Shown in pieces: positions 38,413-47,177 of a stretch of 64,000 nucleotides of DNA. Under the pieces are notes generated by a model, which was not told where the DNA came from, did not search any database, and saw only the letters and a program-made list of their open reading frames with translations. The DNA lies in the IMG/VR virus record IMGVR_UViG_3300037557_000128, positions 15,349-79,348 of that record. The stretch is one strand, 5' to 3'. Made by a program: the position numbers and the translations under genes. The first letter of the stretch is position 1, and every line of letters begins with the position of its first letter. Source of the DNA: a virus.

Positions 38413-39863
38413 TATCTTTTATTCCCCCCGCCGTTATGAACTAACACACCTTCTGTAAAGTATGTTTTAGTGTGTTCAACGGAAGTTAAATGATAGACTG
38501 TAGCAGTTCCATTTTCTGTTATGGAGTTAACTGTTACCCCTGATTGACCAACTGTAAAGACTTCGTCTCCTACTGCGAGTTCTCCACTTAGTTCTATTCC
38601 CCAATCAACGTCTTTTAACTCAATATCACACTCTTCCTGATTCGCATATTTCCAACCTGAATCAGTGTGTATTGGGTGTCCACCTGTTACACCTAGTGTT
38701 TTTCCATTTGATAATTCTACGTTCCAAACTTTTATGTTTTCTCTTGGAACCATGACCTCAGTAACATTCTGAGGCATAAGTTTACCATGACTAAAGTCAA
38801 ATGTCATTACTGCATCTCCAACATTAACGTTTTCTATGTTCATATGATTGTTATCAGCCATCAAAATTTGTGTTCCAGCAATGAAACACCCACCACCACC
38901 GCCACCATACGGATAAGTGTATGGATTACGATATGCATACGAAACTGGTGTCCTCTGTTGAAAGGTAAATGGATTCTGACTGTTTGCTATATAAGGAACT
39001 CTGTATGTAAATGGGTTTCTATATGTTCCAGGCTGTCTTGCATTAGCAATGTATGGTTGTCTTGCGTTTGCGATATAAGGAACCCTGTATGTAAATGGGT
39101 TTCTATATGTGAATGGATTTCTTGCATTAGCAATATAAGGAACCCTATATGTAAATGGGTTTCTGTATGTTCCAGGCTGTCTTGCGTTTGCGATATAAGG
39201 AACTCTGTATGTAAATGGGTGTCTGTATGTTCCAGGCTGTCTTGCGTTTGCGATATAAGGTTGCTGTGCGCTTACAGGACTTCTATAGGTAAATGGATTC
39301 CTGTTTTGATATGTACTAGGTGTCTGACCTTGTCTTGCATATGTTGTAGGTTGACTAGCAATATACGGATAAGGTTGTTGTGCATTAGCAATATATGGTG
39401 TTTGATTGCTCGCAATATACGGATAAGGATTTTGTCTATTCGCAATATATGGAGTCTGATTACTTGCTATATACGGGTAAGGGTTTTGTCTATTCGCAAT
39501 ACTTGGGGTCTGATTGCTTGCTATATACGGGTAAGGTTGTTGAGCGTTCGCAATACTTGGAGCTTGAGCATTTGCTATATAAGGGTACGGATTTTGTCTA
39601 TTCGCAATACTTGGGGTCTGACTATTAGCAATGTATGGATAAGGTTGTTGTGCGTTCGCAATACTTGGAGTCTGACTATTAGCAATGTATGGATAAGGTT
39701 GTTGAACTGAAGTCTGACCCGAAGCGTTATTCCAAGTGGAAGGCCCAGTCTTTACATAAACCTGTTCTGCAGCTTTCCAAGTCGTTCCACCCGTCTTTAC
39801 CCACGCACCTTGTGTGGCATTCCAACCTGTAGGTGTTTTGACGTGTTGTTTTCCTGTTGCCAT
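38412..39863 (-). CDS. Repeat protein 'A' with N-terminal VKTxxxW domain and C-terminal Hint domain
   Basis: WVKTGGTTWK/VYVKTGPSTW; repeats aa 56-318; G6 linker; CFIAGTQI...VLVHN. Confidence 0.88.
   Translation of the reverse strand: MATGKQHVKTPTGWNATQGAWVKTGGTTWKAAEQVYVKTGPSTWNNASGQTSVQQPYPYIANSQTPSIANAQQPYPYIANSQTPSIANRQNPYPYIANAQAPSIANAQQPYPYIASNQTPSIANRQNPYPYIASNQTPYIANRQNPYPYIASNQTPYIANAQQPYPYIASQPTTYARQGQTPSTYQNRNPFTYRSPVSAQQPYIANARQPGTYRHPFTYRVPYIANARQPGTYRNPFTYRVPYIANARNPFTYRNPFTYRVPYIANARQPYIANARQPGTYRNPFTYRVPYIANSQNPFTFQQRTPVSYAYRNPYTYPYGGGGGGCFIAGTQILMADNNHMNIENVNVGDAVMTFDFSHGKLMPQNVTEVMVPRENIKVWNVELSNGKTLGVTGGHPIHTDSGWKYANQEECDIELKDVDWGIELSGELAVGDEVFTVGQSGVTVNSITENGTATVYHLTSVEHTKTYFTEGVLVHNGGGNKR
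38433..38888 (-). other. Hint (intein-like) autoprocessing domain, no homing endonuclease
   Basis: Cys1 block CFIAGTQILMAD...IENVNVGD, TGGHPI (TxxH), VYHLT...YFTEGVLVHN. Confidence 0.85.
39375..39698 (-). repeat. 54-bp coding tandem repeats (PYPYIANSQTPSIANAQQ, 6 copies)
   Basis: Recurrent ttcgcaatacttgg..tctga / ggataaggttgttg. Confidence 0.9.
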
Positions 39864-39916
39864 CTATACTGCCTTATAAGTTTTTAAATTATTAATATGG
39901 TATTTATACCCCACTA

Positions 39917-41875
39917 TTAGGAGTATAATACCCACAAATCACCAACTGCACCTGCACCACCTGTAGGAGCAGAAGTAGATTGATGAATATTTCTTGCAGT
40001 TCCACCAGCATTTGTTGCGTTAGTGATTGTAATCGCACCTGAAGCGATTGTACCTACTGAAATATTTGGAGAACCACTTAATCCAGCAGCTGTTCCTGAA
40101 GTATTCTGAGTACCTGATGCATTAACACCTGGCAAGTTGATATTTGCACTACCATTAAATGATACACCACCAATTGTTCTTGCACTAGCAAGAATAGTCG
40201 CTGTAGCAGCATTACCTGTTGTTGAACCTGAACTACCTGAAGTATTTCCTGTTACGTTACCAGTTACATTACCAACGAGGTTTCCTTCAAATGTTCCTGC
40301 AACTATTTTTTCTGAACCAACTGACCATTCGTCTTCTGATTCATCCCATATAAAGGATTTAGTTGCACTTCCACCTCTTAATACTGAGAAACCAGTATCT
40401 TCTGAAGGTGAACCTGAAGTGAAGTTTGAGTTAAGAACAATAATGTTATCTGCAAGGTTAATTGTTTCTGAATTAACTGTAGTTGTTGTTCCTGAAACTG
40501 TTAGCGTTCCTGCAATTGTTACATTATCGTTAAGTGCAACAACACCAGTTCCGTTTGCAGTCAAAGTTAAGTTAGTATTTGCACTTCTTGATTCGATTGC
40601 ATCTACGTCAATTGAGTTTGAGAATGCAATTGCGTTTCCGTCTGAAGATGAAATGTTAGAACCTGCAGTAACTTGTACTGGGCCTTTCAATTCAATCTGA
40701 CCAGTTCCTGTTGGGTCTAATTCAACATCACCTGAACCTGAAGTTGATACTTTTACGTTTTGGTTAGAGTCTGCAGAAATTGTAATTGTTCCTGAATCGT
40801 CTTCAACCACTTTCTGACCGTTAACATATAATGAACCTGGCCCAACAAAGACATCTCTCCACTGTTTACTTGCAGAACCTAAATCGTAAGTATCGTCTGT
40901 GGTCGGTAGGATATGACCACCGATTGTAGAAGCCGCAGTTGTTGTAACACCTGCGAATGAGGGTTTAGCTGAAGTTGCAATGTCCTGACCAATGGATAGT
41001 GAATGTGTTGTACCTTCTCCACTTGTTGCAGCTGATGAAGTAACACCAGTTCCACCAGTTATTGTTCCTACATAATTTCCTGTTGTGTCTGTTCCTAATG
41101 CAACACTATTGGCTGCTATAGTTAATGCAGTTGATAAGTTAGCAGAACCATCAAAACTACCTGTACCTGTTACATCTCCTGTAAATGCTAAAGTTCTTGC
41201 AGTTGTTAAAGTAGCTGCAGAACCTGTAGTACTTTGGTTAAGTGTTCCGACTGTAAAATCAAGCGTTCCGTCTCCGTCCTGATATGCAACTGTAACTCCG
41301 CTCTCTGTATTTGACGATACCATTGCACCGACAATGTCTTGAACTCTCTCTGCGTTTACTGTGACATCACCACTTGAGACTGTAAAGTCTGTTCCGTCAA
41401 ATGTTGCGATACCAGCATTAGTTTCTGTCGCAAGTTCTCCTGCGATTGTTAGTGTAGTTCCAGTTGCAGAAGTGTCAATACCTGCACCACCAGCAATAGT
41501 AAACGATTCAGTATCTAAATCAACATCAATACTTCCACTATCTGATGCAATATCTAAATCTTGTGCGTTAAGTGATGTTGTAACTGCATCTACATATGCT
41601 TTAATTGATTGTTGAGAGGCGAGTGCCGTTGCACTGTTTGACGCCATATTGTCTTCATCGGTAATTGGTACATCAATAACGATTGTATCTGCACCGTCAT
41701 TGTATGTTGCAGTTGCACCACCTGTTGCACTGATTATTCCACCAATCTTATCTGCGATTGCTTCGTTTACTGCAGTTCCAACTCCACCAGCGACCAAGTC
41801 ACCTGATGAGTTAATTACCTCTACACCACCAACGGATAGACCGTTCTTTACGTTAAAATTCTTTTCTCCTGCCAT
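39917..41875 (-). CDS. Tail/appendage fibre protein
   Basis: G/S/T-rich fibre repeats; N-terminal FNVKNGLSVG; C-terminal STSAPTGGAGAVGDLWVLYS. Confidence 0.8.
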   Translation of the reverse strand: MAGEKNFNVKNGLSVGGVEVINSSGDLVAGGVGTAVNEAIADKIGGIISATGGATATYNDGADTIVIDVPITDEDNMASNSATALASQQSIKAYVDAVTTSLNAQDLDIASDSGSIDVDLDTESFTIAGGAGIDTSATGTTLTIAGELATETNAGIATFDGTDFTVSSGDVTVNAERVQDIVGAMVSSNTESGVTVAYQDGDGTLDFTVGTLNQSTTGSAATLTTARTLAFTGDVTGTGSFDGSANLSTALTIAANSVALGTDTTGNYVGTITGGTGVTSSAATSGEGTTHSLSIGQDIATSAKPSFAGVTTTAASTIGGHILPTTDDTYDLGSASKQWRDVFVGPGSLYVNGQKVVEDDSGTITISADSNQNVKVSTSGSGDVELDPTGTGQIELKGPVQVTAGSNISSSDGNAIAFSNSIDVDAIESRSANTNLTLTANGTGVVALNDNVTIAGTLTVSGTTTTVNSETINLADNIIVLNSNFTSGSPSEDTGFSVLRGGSATKSFIWDESEDEWSVGSEKIVAGTFEGNLVGNVTGNVTGNTSGSSGSTTGNAATATILASARTIGGVSFNGSANINLPGVNASGTQNTSGTAAGLSGSPNISVGTIASGAITITNATNAGGTARNIHQSTSAPTGGAGAVGDLWVLYS

Positions 41876-42108
41876 TAGATTGTGCCTCCGTCAATTGCCA
41901 CATTATTGATAGTCTTTGCGGCCGAAGCATTTGCTAAATGGGTATCGACTTTTCCAGTCGTGAAGTATAAATTTGTGGAACCTTCTGATAAGTCATCTGA
42001 GTCTAGTGTTGATAAAGCGGCAGCTGCTAACTTACCTGAACTATCAATTACATCAGCTGTTCCTACTTTTAGCCCGTATTCTATAACGAATTTGTTTTGA
42101 GTTGCCAT
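41875..42108 (-). CDS. Small virion structural/adaptor protein
   Basis: FVIEYGLKVG N-terminus; LSEGSTNLYFT; ends IDGGTI. Confidence 0.7.
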   Translation of the reverse strand: MATQNKFVIEYGLKVGTADVIDSSGKLAAAALSTLDSDDLSEGSTNLYFTTGKVDTHLANASAAKTINNVAIDGGTI

Positions 42109-42208
42109 GAAATTTTCCTATTATATGTGGGTTTATTATAAAACTATACCATTATTTAGTTAAATATTGTCTTGCCAAACCATGATTAATAAAACTTTCT
42201 TAATTATT

Positions 42209-43042
42209 TTATACTGCAATCTCTATTTTCTTAAATTTGAACACTGTAGAATTAGTACTTGCAGGTGTTACCCTGAGTCTAAGTGTCCCAATGTTAATAT
42301 CTACAGTAAATGTTGCAAGAGGAGAAGAACCTGTATGCATTTCTCCGTATTGAACATGGTATCCTGTAGTTCCATTATGTAAAGTTTGTATTTCGATAAC
42401 GTGGTATTCACCCGAAGTCGAATCACTTGCTTGAATTTGGTATTTTGTGCTTCTGTAACTTGCGATTGCCCATGAATCCAAAGTTGCTTGAGACGTTGAT
42501 GTTGTTGTTAGTGTTCCTTCTGTAAGACCACCTGCATCTCCAAATGATAATGCACCACTACCATTTGTTTTTATAAATTGTCCATTTGTTCCATCACTGG
42601 TTGGAAAGGTTATGGAATTACCTGTAAGACCATTTGTTGCAGTTATTGTTGTTGCAGTTAAATCACCAACAAGTAAATCTGCAAGAGCATAATTACTTCC
42701 ACTTAAATCAACTGTAGTTGTGGGTTCTACTTCTAACCCGTCAAATAACTTCCATGTTGAATCTGTTGCATCTCTGAATAAACCCGTGTATTCAGAAACA
42801 CCACTTTCACCACTTAAGCCGTCATTATAGTTTCCATAAAAACCAATATCAATTAAATCTGCAGAAGTGTTTCCACTCGCAAGTTCCATCATGGAATCCA
42901 CAACTGAACTTGTTGTAGAATCGATTATTGTTTGTGTACCTTGTACCGTTAGATTCCCACCAATTGTAAGATTACCATCAATCTCAGTGTGGGTTAACGA
43001 TTTAATACCTAAGTCTGCGTAAAATTTGGATTGAGTAGCCAT
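42209..43042 (-). CDS. Virion fibre/structural protein
   Basis: GNLTIGGNLTVQG, FPTSDGTNGQFIKTNGSG, C-terminal KYQIQA...QYG...LRLRVTP domain. Confidence 0.75.
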   Translation of the reverse strand: MATQSKFYADLGIKSLTHTEIDGNLTIGGNLTVQGTQTIIDSTTSSVVDSMMELASGNTSADLIDIGFYGNYNDGLSGESGVSEYTGLFRDATDSTWKLFDGLEVEPTTTVDLSGSNYALADLLVGDLTATTITATNGLTGNSITFPTSDGTNGQFIKTNGSGALSFGDAGGLTEGTLTTTSTSQATLDSWAIASYRSTKYQIQASDSTSGEYHVIEIQTLHNGTTGYHVQYGEMHTGSSPLATFTVDINIGTLRLRVTPASTNSTVFKFKKIEIAV

Positions 43043-43071
43043 AGTACTATTTATACTTTAAAAGTATGCAG

Positions 43072-43102
43072 AAAAGAAAAGGGACTCCGAAGAGCCCCTT
43101 TA
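43072..43102 (-). terminator. Rho-independent terminator
   Basis: GGGGCTC-TTCG-GAGTCCC followed by TTTTCTTTT. Confidence 0.88.
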
Positions 43103-43121
43103 AATCATGATTTATTGAAGA

Positions 43122-43532
43122 TTAAGCATCTACCAATGTTCTATCAAATTTGATGACCGTTGAGGTATTACTCGCAGGCGTGACCAATAAACGAACATTT
43201 GAACCACTAATATCAGCATCAATTGTTGCAAGGTTGGTATCTTTTAAAGTACCATATGCAGTTAATGTGACTACTGAACCGTCTTGCACCAACATTATTT
43301 CAGTTGAGTGAAAGTTTGTACCTTGACTCATTGCAATAATGTATCTTGCAGCTCGATAATCTGTTTTCGAAAATGTATCTAAACTGAATTGTGCTGTTGA
43401 CGTTTTAGTTTGGTTACCAACCTTCTTACTTTTAGAGTTAATATGTTTAGTAGTAGTTATAACATCTGTTGCGACATCAAACTGAATACCACGAATTAAC
43501 TCAGCGATTTTAAAACTATTTGTCTTAGCCAT
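43122..43532 (-). CDS. Virion structural protein
   Basis: Same C-terminal domain as neighbours: ARYIIAM...EIMLVQDG...YG...VRLLVTP. Confidence 0.75.
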   Translation of the reverse strand: MAKTNSFKIAELIRGIQFDVATDVITTTKHINSKSKKVGNQTKTSTAQFSLDTFSKTDYRAARYIIAMSQGTNFHSTEIMLVQDGSVVTLTAYGTLKDTNLATIDADISGSNVRLLVTPASNTSTVIKFDRTLVDA

Positions 43533-43544
43533 TTGTTAATTCTC

Positions 43545-44366
43545 CTATGTTAATCTAATTTGGAAGGTTTTGAATGTTGTATTTGTATTCGCAGGTGTTG
43601 TTAGCAATCTCATGTTTCCACTATTGATATCCGAAGATAAAGTAAATAGTGAAGACGCTGAGTATGCATCACCGTATTGAGTGAAATACGCATTCGTACC
43701 GTTGTTTATTAATAATACTTCAGCAGCGTGTGTTCCTGTTGAATGGGTTGCAGATATGACATATTTAATTGACTTATTTGCTACTCCGTTCGAACTTAAC
43801 ACTTGATTTGCAGTTGTCGCTGTTAGAGCAGAAGTAGTATAATACCCCTGAACTAAGTTTGAAACTGAAGTCTGCGCTACAACCTGTACGATGTCTCCTG
43901 ACACAGCATTTGCTTGTAGTGTAATTACACTAGTTGAAGTTGTGACATAGTCACTTCCTGCTACTAGTTTTACACCATTTAAGTAAACTCCTTCCAGTCC
44001 AACAGTGTATGCTAAAGTAGCACTGTTGTCATCGGCACCTGAGAACACTGTTTGTGTCCCAGTACAAGTATAGATAAAGGTTGTTAATCCTGATGAAGCT
44101 GCATCAGTAAAACCTATAGTACCTGAACCGTTTGTTGAAAGGATTTGTCCACTTGTTCCATCTGCTGTCGGAAACGTTAAGGCATCATTGATAGTAAAAG
44201 TTTTAGGATTACTCCCAACTTCCACAATGGCTGCTGAACCGTCATTTTTTTCAGTGTAAAACCTACCGTGATAGGTATTTACTGCTAACTCACCAAGTGA
44301 TAAATCACTCGTAGTTGGCAGGGCGTTCTGTGTAGAACTCCTTTTGAATTGAATAACTGTTGCCAT
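43545..44366 (-). CDS. Virion fibre protein with Mtd_N-like N-terminus
   Basis: MATVIQFKRS...P...LSLGELAVN; VYLNGVKL; C-terminal KYVISA...QYG domain. Confidence 0.75.
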   Translation of the reverse strand: MATVIQFKRSSTQNALPTTSDLSLGELAVNTYHGRFYTEKNDGSAAIVEVGSNPKTFTINDALTFPTADGTSGQILSTNGSGTIGFTDAASSGLTTFIYTCTGTQTVFSGADDNSATLAYTVGLEGVYLNGVKLVAGSDYVTTSTSVITLQANAVSGDIVQVVAQTSVSNLVQGYYTTSALTATTANQVLSSNGVANKSIKYVISATHSTGTHAAEVLLINNGTNAYFTQYGDAYSASSLFTLSSDINSGNMRLLTTPANTNTTFKTFQIRLT

Positions 44367-44390
44367 TTTTGACTCCTATTAATGAGTACC

Positions 44391-46031
44391 TTAGAAAGTA
44401 CCGCCGTCTAAAGCTGTTATTGCGACTGCACCTGAAGTTACCGTGAAGTTTGCAGAAGCAAAACTTGCGATACCTTTATTAGCAGTAGTTGCATCCTCTC
44501 CTGAAAGAGTAGCAGTACCACCTGAGTACGCAACGTCCATACCTTCTCCAACTGCGATAATTACAGAACCTAGATTTGAAGCACTGGATACTTCAGTTGC
44601 AATTGTAATTGCACCTGCACCGTTAGTGATGTCGATTCCGTCACCAGCAGTAAGTGTTGCTTTATCAAAAACTCCACCCGATGTATCACCAATTAGTACC
44701 TGTCCGTCTGTAGGAGCTCCACCTGCATAAGATGAGATAGAACCCGTGATTGCAGCTGAACTGATTTCTAATGCACCAAATACAGCAGGCATCGCTGTTC
44801 CTGAGAACACTGATGAAGTATCTGTTGCACTTGTAAGAGCGACAAATTTACCTGTTGAATCGTCCATACCAAAGAAACCAATTTTAGCACCACTAGAGTT
44901 GTACTTAAATTTGATACCTCTGTCTAAGTTATCATCACTTGAATCAGAACCGATTTCGAATACTGGGTCTGCGATATTAACTGTAGTAGAGTTAACTGTT
45001 GTTGTAGTTCCATTAACTGCCAAGTTACCTGTAACTGTTAAGTTTCCTGAAGTAGTCAACGTTGCCGTTGTAATATCATCAGTTACCATGTTTCCACTTA
45101 CTGTTAAGTTTCCACCAACTGTTACGTTGTTAGGTAGACCTACTGTAATAGTTTGTCCACTTGCACTTGTTTCAATTTCGTTCGCTGTACCAGCGATTGT
45201 TAATGATTGAGAGTCTAAATCTACTGCACCTGTTCCTGAATCACCAGCGACATCTAAGTCTTCTAGTGTTGCAGTTGCTTGGATTTTGTCCAAGATAGCT
45301 GCAGAAGTCATAACGGTTGTATCGTTATCTGCGAATGCTTCACCTGAAGTCTGAACTAAAGCGCCTGCTAAAGAACCGAATACAACTGCAGAAGCTGCTA
45401 ATTCGTCAGCACCGACAGCGTCGTCTGCTAACATAGCATTCTCTACTGCACCAGCAGCGATTGTTAGAACACCAGTGTCTGCCATAGTAGCATCACCTGA
45501 CATTATATTATCTATCCATTTAGACGTTCCTGTATCGTATAACATCATTGAACCGTCAGCTGGTGTTGTTAGATTAGTATCTGTTGCACCTGCGACTGTT
45601 GATGTTGTTGATAGGAATGAAAGGGTTCCTGAGCCGTTGGTTCCGATAACTTGGTTAGCTGAACCATCAGCAGAAGGCAATGTCCAAGTTACACTTGAAC
45701 CTAAAGTATCAGCAGCTTTTAACGCAACAAAATTTGTTCCGTTATCTGAATCTTCTAAAAGTTGAAGACTCGCACCTGCAGTTGCACTATTACCAACTTT
45801 AAAGTTGGCAGGAGTTGCACTTGAACCAGCAAGCATATCTGTATAATACTTACCACCAATCGCTTGGATTAATGGAGTAGAGTTATCAGAATCTACTGAC
45901 TCAATGTATAGTTTTGCCCCAGCACCACTATTCGACCTATCCTGTACATATGCTAATTCGCCTTCTGCTAGATTACTCGTAGCTGGCGCACTAGAACCTG
46001 TACTTCGTTTGATTTGAATTACTGTTGCCAT
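44391..46031 (-). CDS. Tail fibre protein with Mtd_N-like N-terminus
   Basis: MATVIQIKRS...LAEGELAY; GNLTVTGNLAVNG repeats; ends LDGGTF. Confidence 0.8.
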   Translation of the reverse strand: MATVIQIKRSTGSSAPATSNLAEGELAYVQDRSNSGAGAKLYIESVDSDNSTPLIQAIGGKYYTDMLAGSSATPANFKVGNSATAGASLQLLEDSDNGTNFVALKAADTLGSSVTWTLPSADGSANQVIGTNGSGTLSFLSTTSTVAGATDTNLTTPADGSMMLYDTGTSKWIDNIMSGDATMADTGVLTIAAGAVENAMLADDAVGADELAASAVVFGSLAGALVQTSGEAFADNDTTVMTSAAILDKIQATATLEDLDVAGDSGTGAVDLDSQSLTIAGTANEIETSASGQTITVGLPNNVTVGGNLTVSGNMVTDDITTATLTTSGNLTVTGNLAVNGTTTTVNSTTVNIADPVFEIGSDSSDDNLDRGIKFKYNSSGAKIGFFGMDDSTGKFVALTSATDTSSVFSGTAMPAVFGALEISSAAITGSISSYAGGAPTDGQVLIGDTSGGVFDKATLTAGDGIDITNGAGAITIATEVSSASNLGSVIIAVGEGMDVAYSGGTATLSGEDATTANKGIASFASANFTVTSGAVAITALDGGTF

Positions 46032-46174
46032 TTTTATATTTCCTATAAAATTAAATTATTGTTGTGACCTTGCACTATTCAGGTCGTGATTACATTATAA
46101 ATTTAACAGTCCACTCACTATGTGGGTCGATACCTCACTGGTTGGTATCCTTGATGTTTGTACTAGTATTTAGA
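46032..46174 (-). promoter_or_regulatory. Late promoter plus three-hairpin 5' leader
   Basis: TCTAAATA 46167-46174; three stems whose loops all contain AGTG. Confidence 0.55.
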
Positions 46175-46191
46175 CAATTGAAATGCCTACA

Positions 46192-46575
46192 TTAGAATCT
46201 TTTGTACCATGCGAAGCCATTATGTGTTACCACAAATGCCTGAGTACCATTCAACCACTTGAGAGCTTTCTCTCTATCAACATCATCTCTATCTAACAGA
46301 TTGTAGATAATTGCATTGCCCACGAGTTTAAGAGCAATTAGATCATGCTTCTCAGGTCTTTTACCTAATATTGGATTCTTTTCTACGAGTGGACAGTGTG
46401 GTCGTTTCTGACAATCTATCATTCTTATTGTCTGAATTGTGTCGATTGTAGATAAGGCTATATAAGAATGCCAAAGCTTTCTTTCTTTTTCAGTCCAGTC
46501 TTTTGATTTTGCGTTTAAAGGTTCGCAGCTACCAGCTGCAGACACAAGAAGCAATATTGTAAATATCCATTTCAC
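46192..46575 (-). CDS. Exported/membrane protein (DUF5658-like)
   Basis: Signal-like MKWIFTILLLVSAAGSC; IDTIQT...EKNPILG. Confidence 0.6.
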   Translation of the reverse strand: MKWIFTILLLVSAAGSCEPLNAKSKDWTEKERKLWHSYIALSTIDTIQTIRMIDCQKRPHCPLVEKNPILGKRPEKHDLIALKLVGNAIIYNLLDRDDVDREKALKWLNGTQAFVVTHNGFAWYKRF

Positions 46576-46591
46576 TCATTTTCTTCCTATC

Positions 46592-46834
46592 TTAAAAAGT
46601 ACCGCCGTCAAGGTTAGTAGTGGTTTCCCACTTATCAGTTGTTGCATTATATGTCAAAAGTCCGTCATCTGTTTCAGAAGCGTTTACATCTGCTAACTCC
46701 TGAATAGATTTCGCAGCTAAACTAACAGTCGTATTTGCGTTACCAATTGCGACTTGTTTTGCACGAACATTTCCTGCCCCAACAACGTTTCCGCCTATAG
46801 TTGCGACTCTACTTAATGTTCCTTTAATTGCCAT
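46592..46834 (-). CDS. Small fibre adaptor protein
   Basis: IQELADVN...DDGLLTYNATTDKW; ends LDGGTF. Confidence 0.7.
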   Translation of the reverse strand: MAIKGTLSRVATIGGNVVGAGNVRAKQVAIGNANTTVSLAAKSIQELADVNASETDDGLLTYNATTDKWETTTNLDGGTF

Positions 46835-46838
46835 AATA

Positions 46839-47177
46839 TTACCTCGTTACGCCTGGTGTTACAATTGCTTGTCCCTCTACTACTCTAGTAGATATACTTG
46901 AAGCGTCTGTTACTATCAAGTCATATACATATCTGCCTGGCGATAATGCCTTAGTTATTGTATCTGTTAAGGACAAAGTTACCTGACCATCTGTTGTTGG
47001 ATTTGATATAGCTGTGGTGAAAGTTGCACTAAGTGTTGAAGACTCATAGGTCTTTCTTATTTGTGCAGCCGCAGTATATCCCGCTAAATTTAACTGATTA
47101 CCATTTACATCAGATACATCTACAGTTATTGAGAAATCTGCGCCTTGGTCTATAAAAATATTTGCAATAATGGCCAT
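46839..47177 (-). CDS. Conserved virion protein (BppU/Ig-like fibre anchor)
   Basis: IDQGADF...LAGYTAAAQIRK...GRYVYD...RVVEG...VTPGVTR. Confidence 0.75.
   Translation of the reverse strand: MAIIANIFIDQGADFSITVDVSDVNGNQLNLAGYTAAAQIRKTYESSTLSATFTTAISNPTTDGQVTLSLTDTITKALSPGRYVYDLIVTDASSISTRVVEGQAIVTPGVTR

Noticed and set aside
38433-38888. Mobile intein
   Set aside because: No endonuclease domain, no Cys/Ser/Thr at +1, and not inserted in a conserved enzyme
37612-39698. Tandem DNA repeats as a CRISPR array
   Set aside because: Repeats are in-frame multiples of 6 nt with synonymous variation, have no unique spacers, and no cas genes are present
37624-39710. Long Cys/Arg/Ile-rich plus-strand ORFs (37624-38352, 38787-39710; also 47670-47930 and 48954-49478)
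   Set aside because: The two checked are exactly codon-aligned antisense shadows: the sense repeats lack Leu (TTA/CTA) and TCA codons, so no antisense stops arise. No promoter or RBS seen, and they do not encode the partner protein.
32528-39863. Graspetide/RiPP precursor plus ATP-grasp cluster
   Set aside because: Graspetide crosslinks need Asp/Glu, which the repeat tracts lack; no leader, protease or transporter; the mirrored pairing and fibre context fit a structural role better
43545-46031. Diversity-generating retroelement suggested by Mtd_N-like N-termini
   Set aside because: No reverse transcriptase and no adenine-variant TR/VR pair seen in the window
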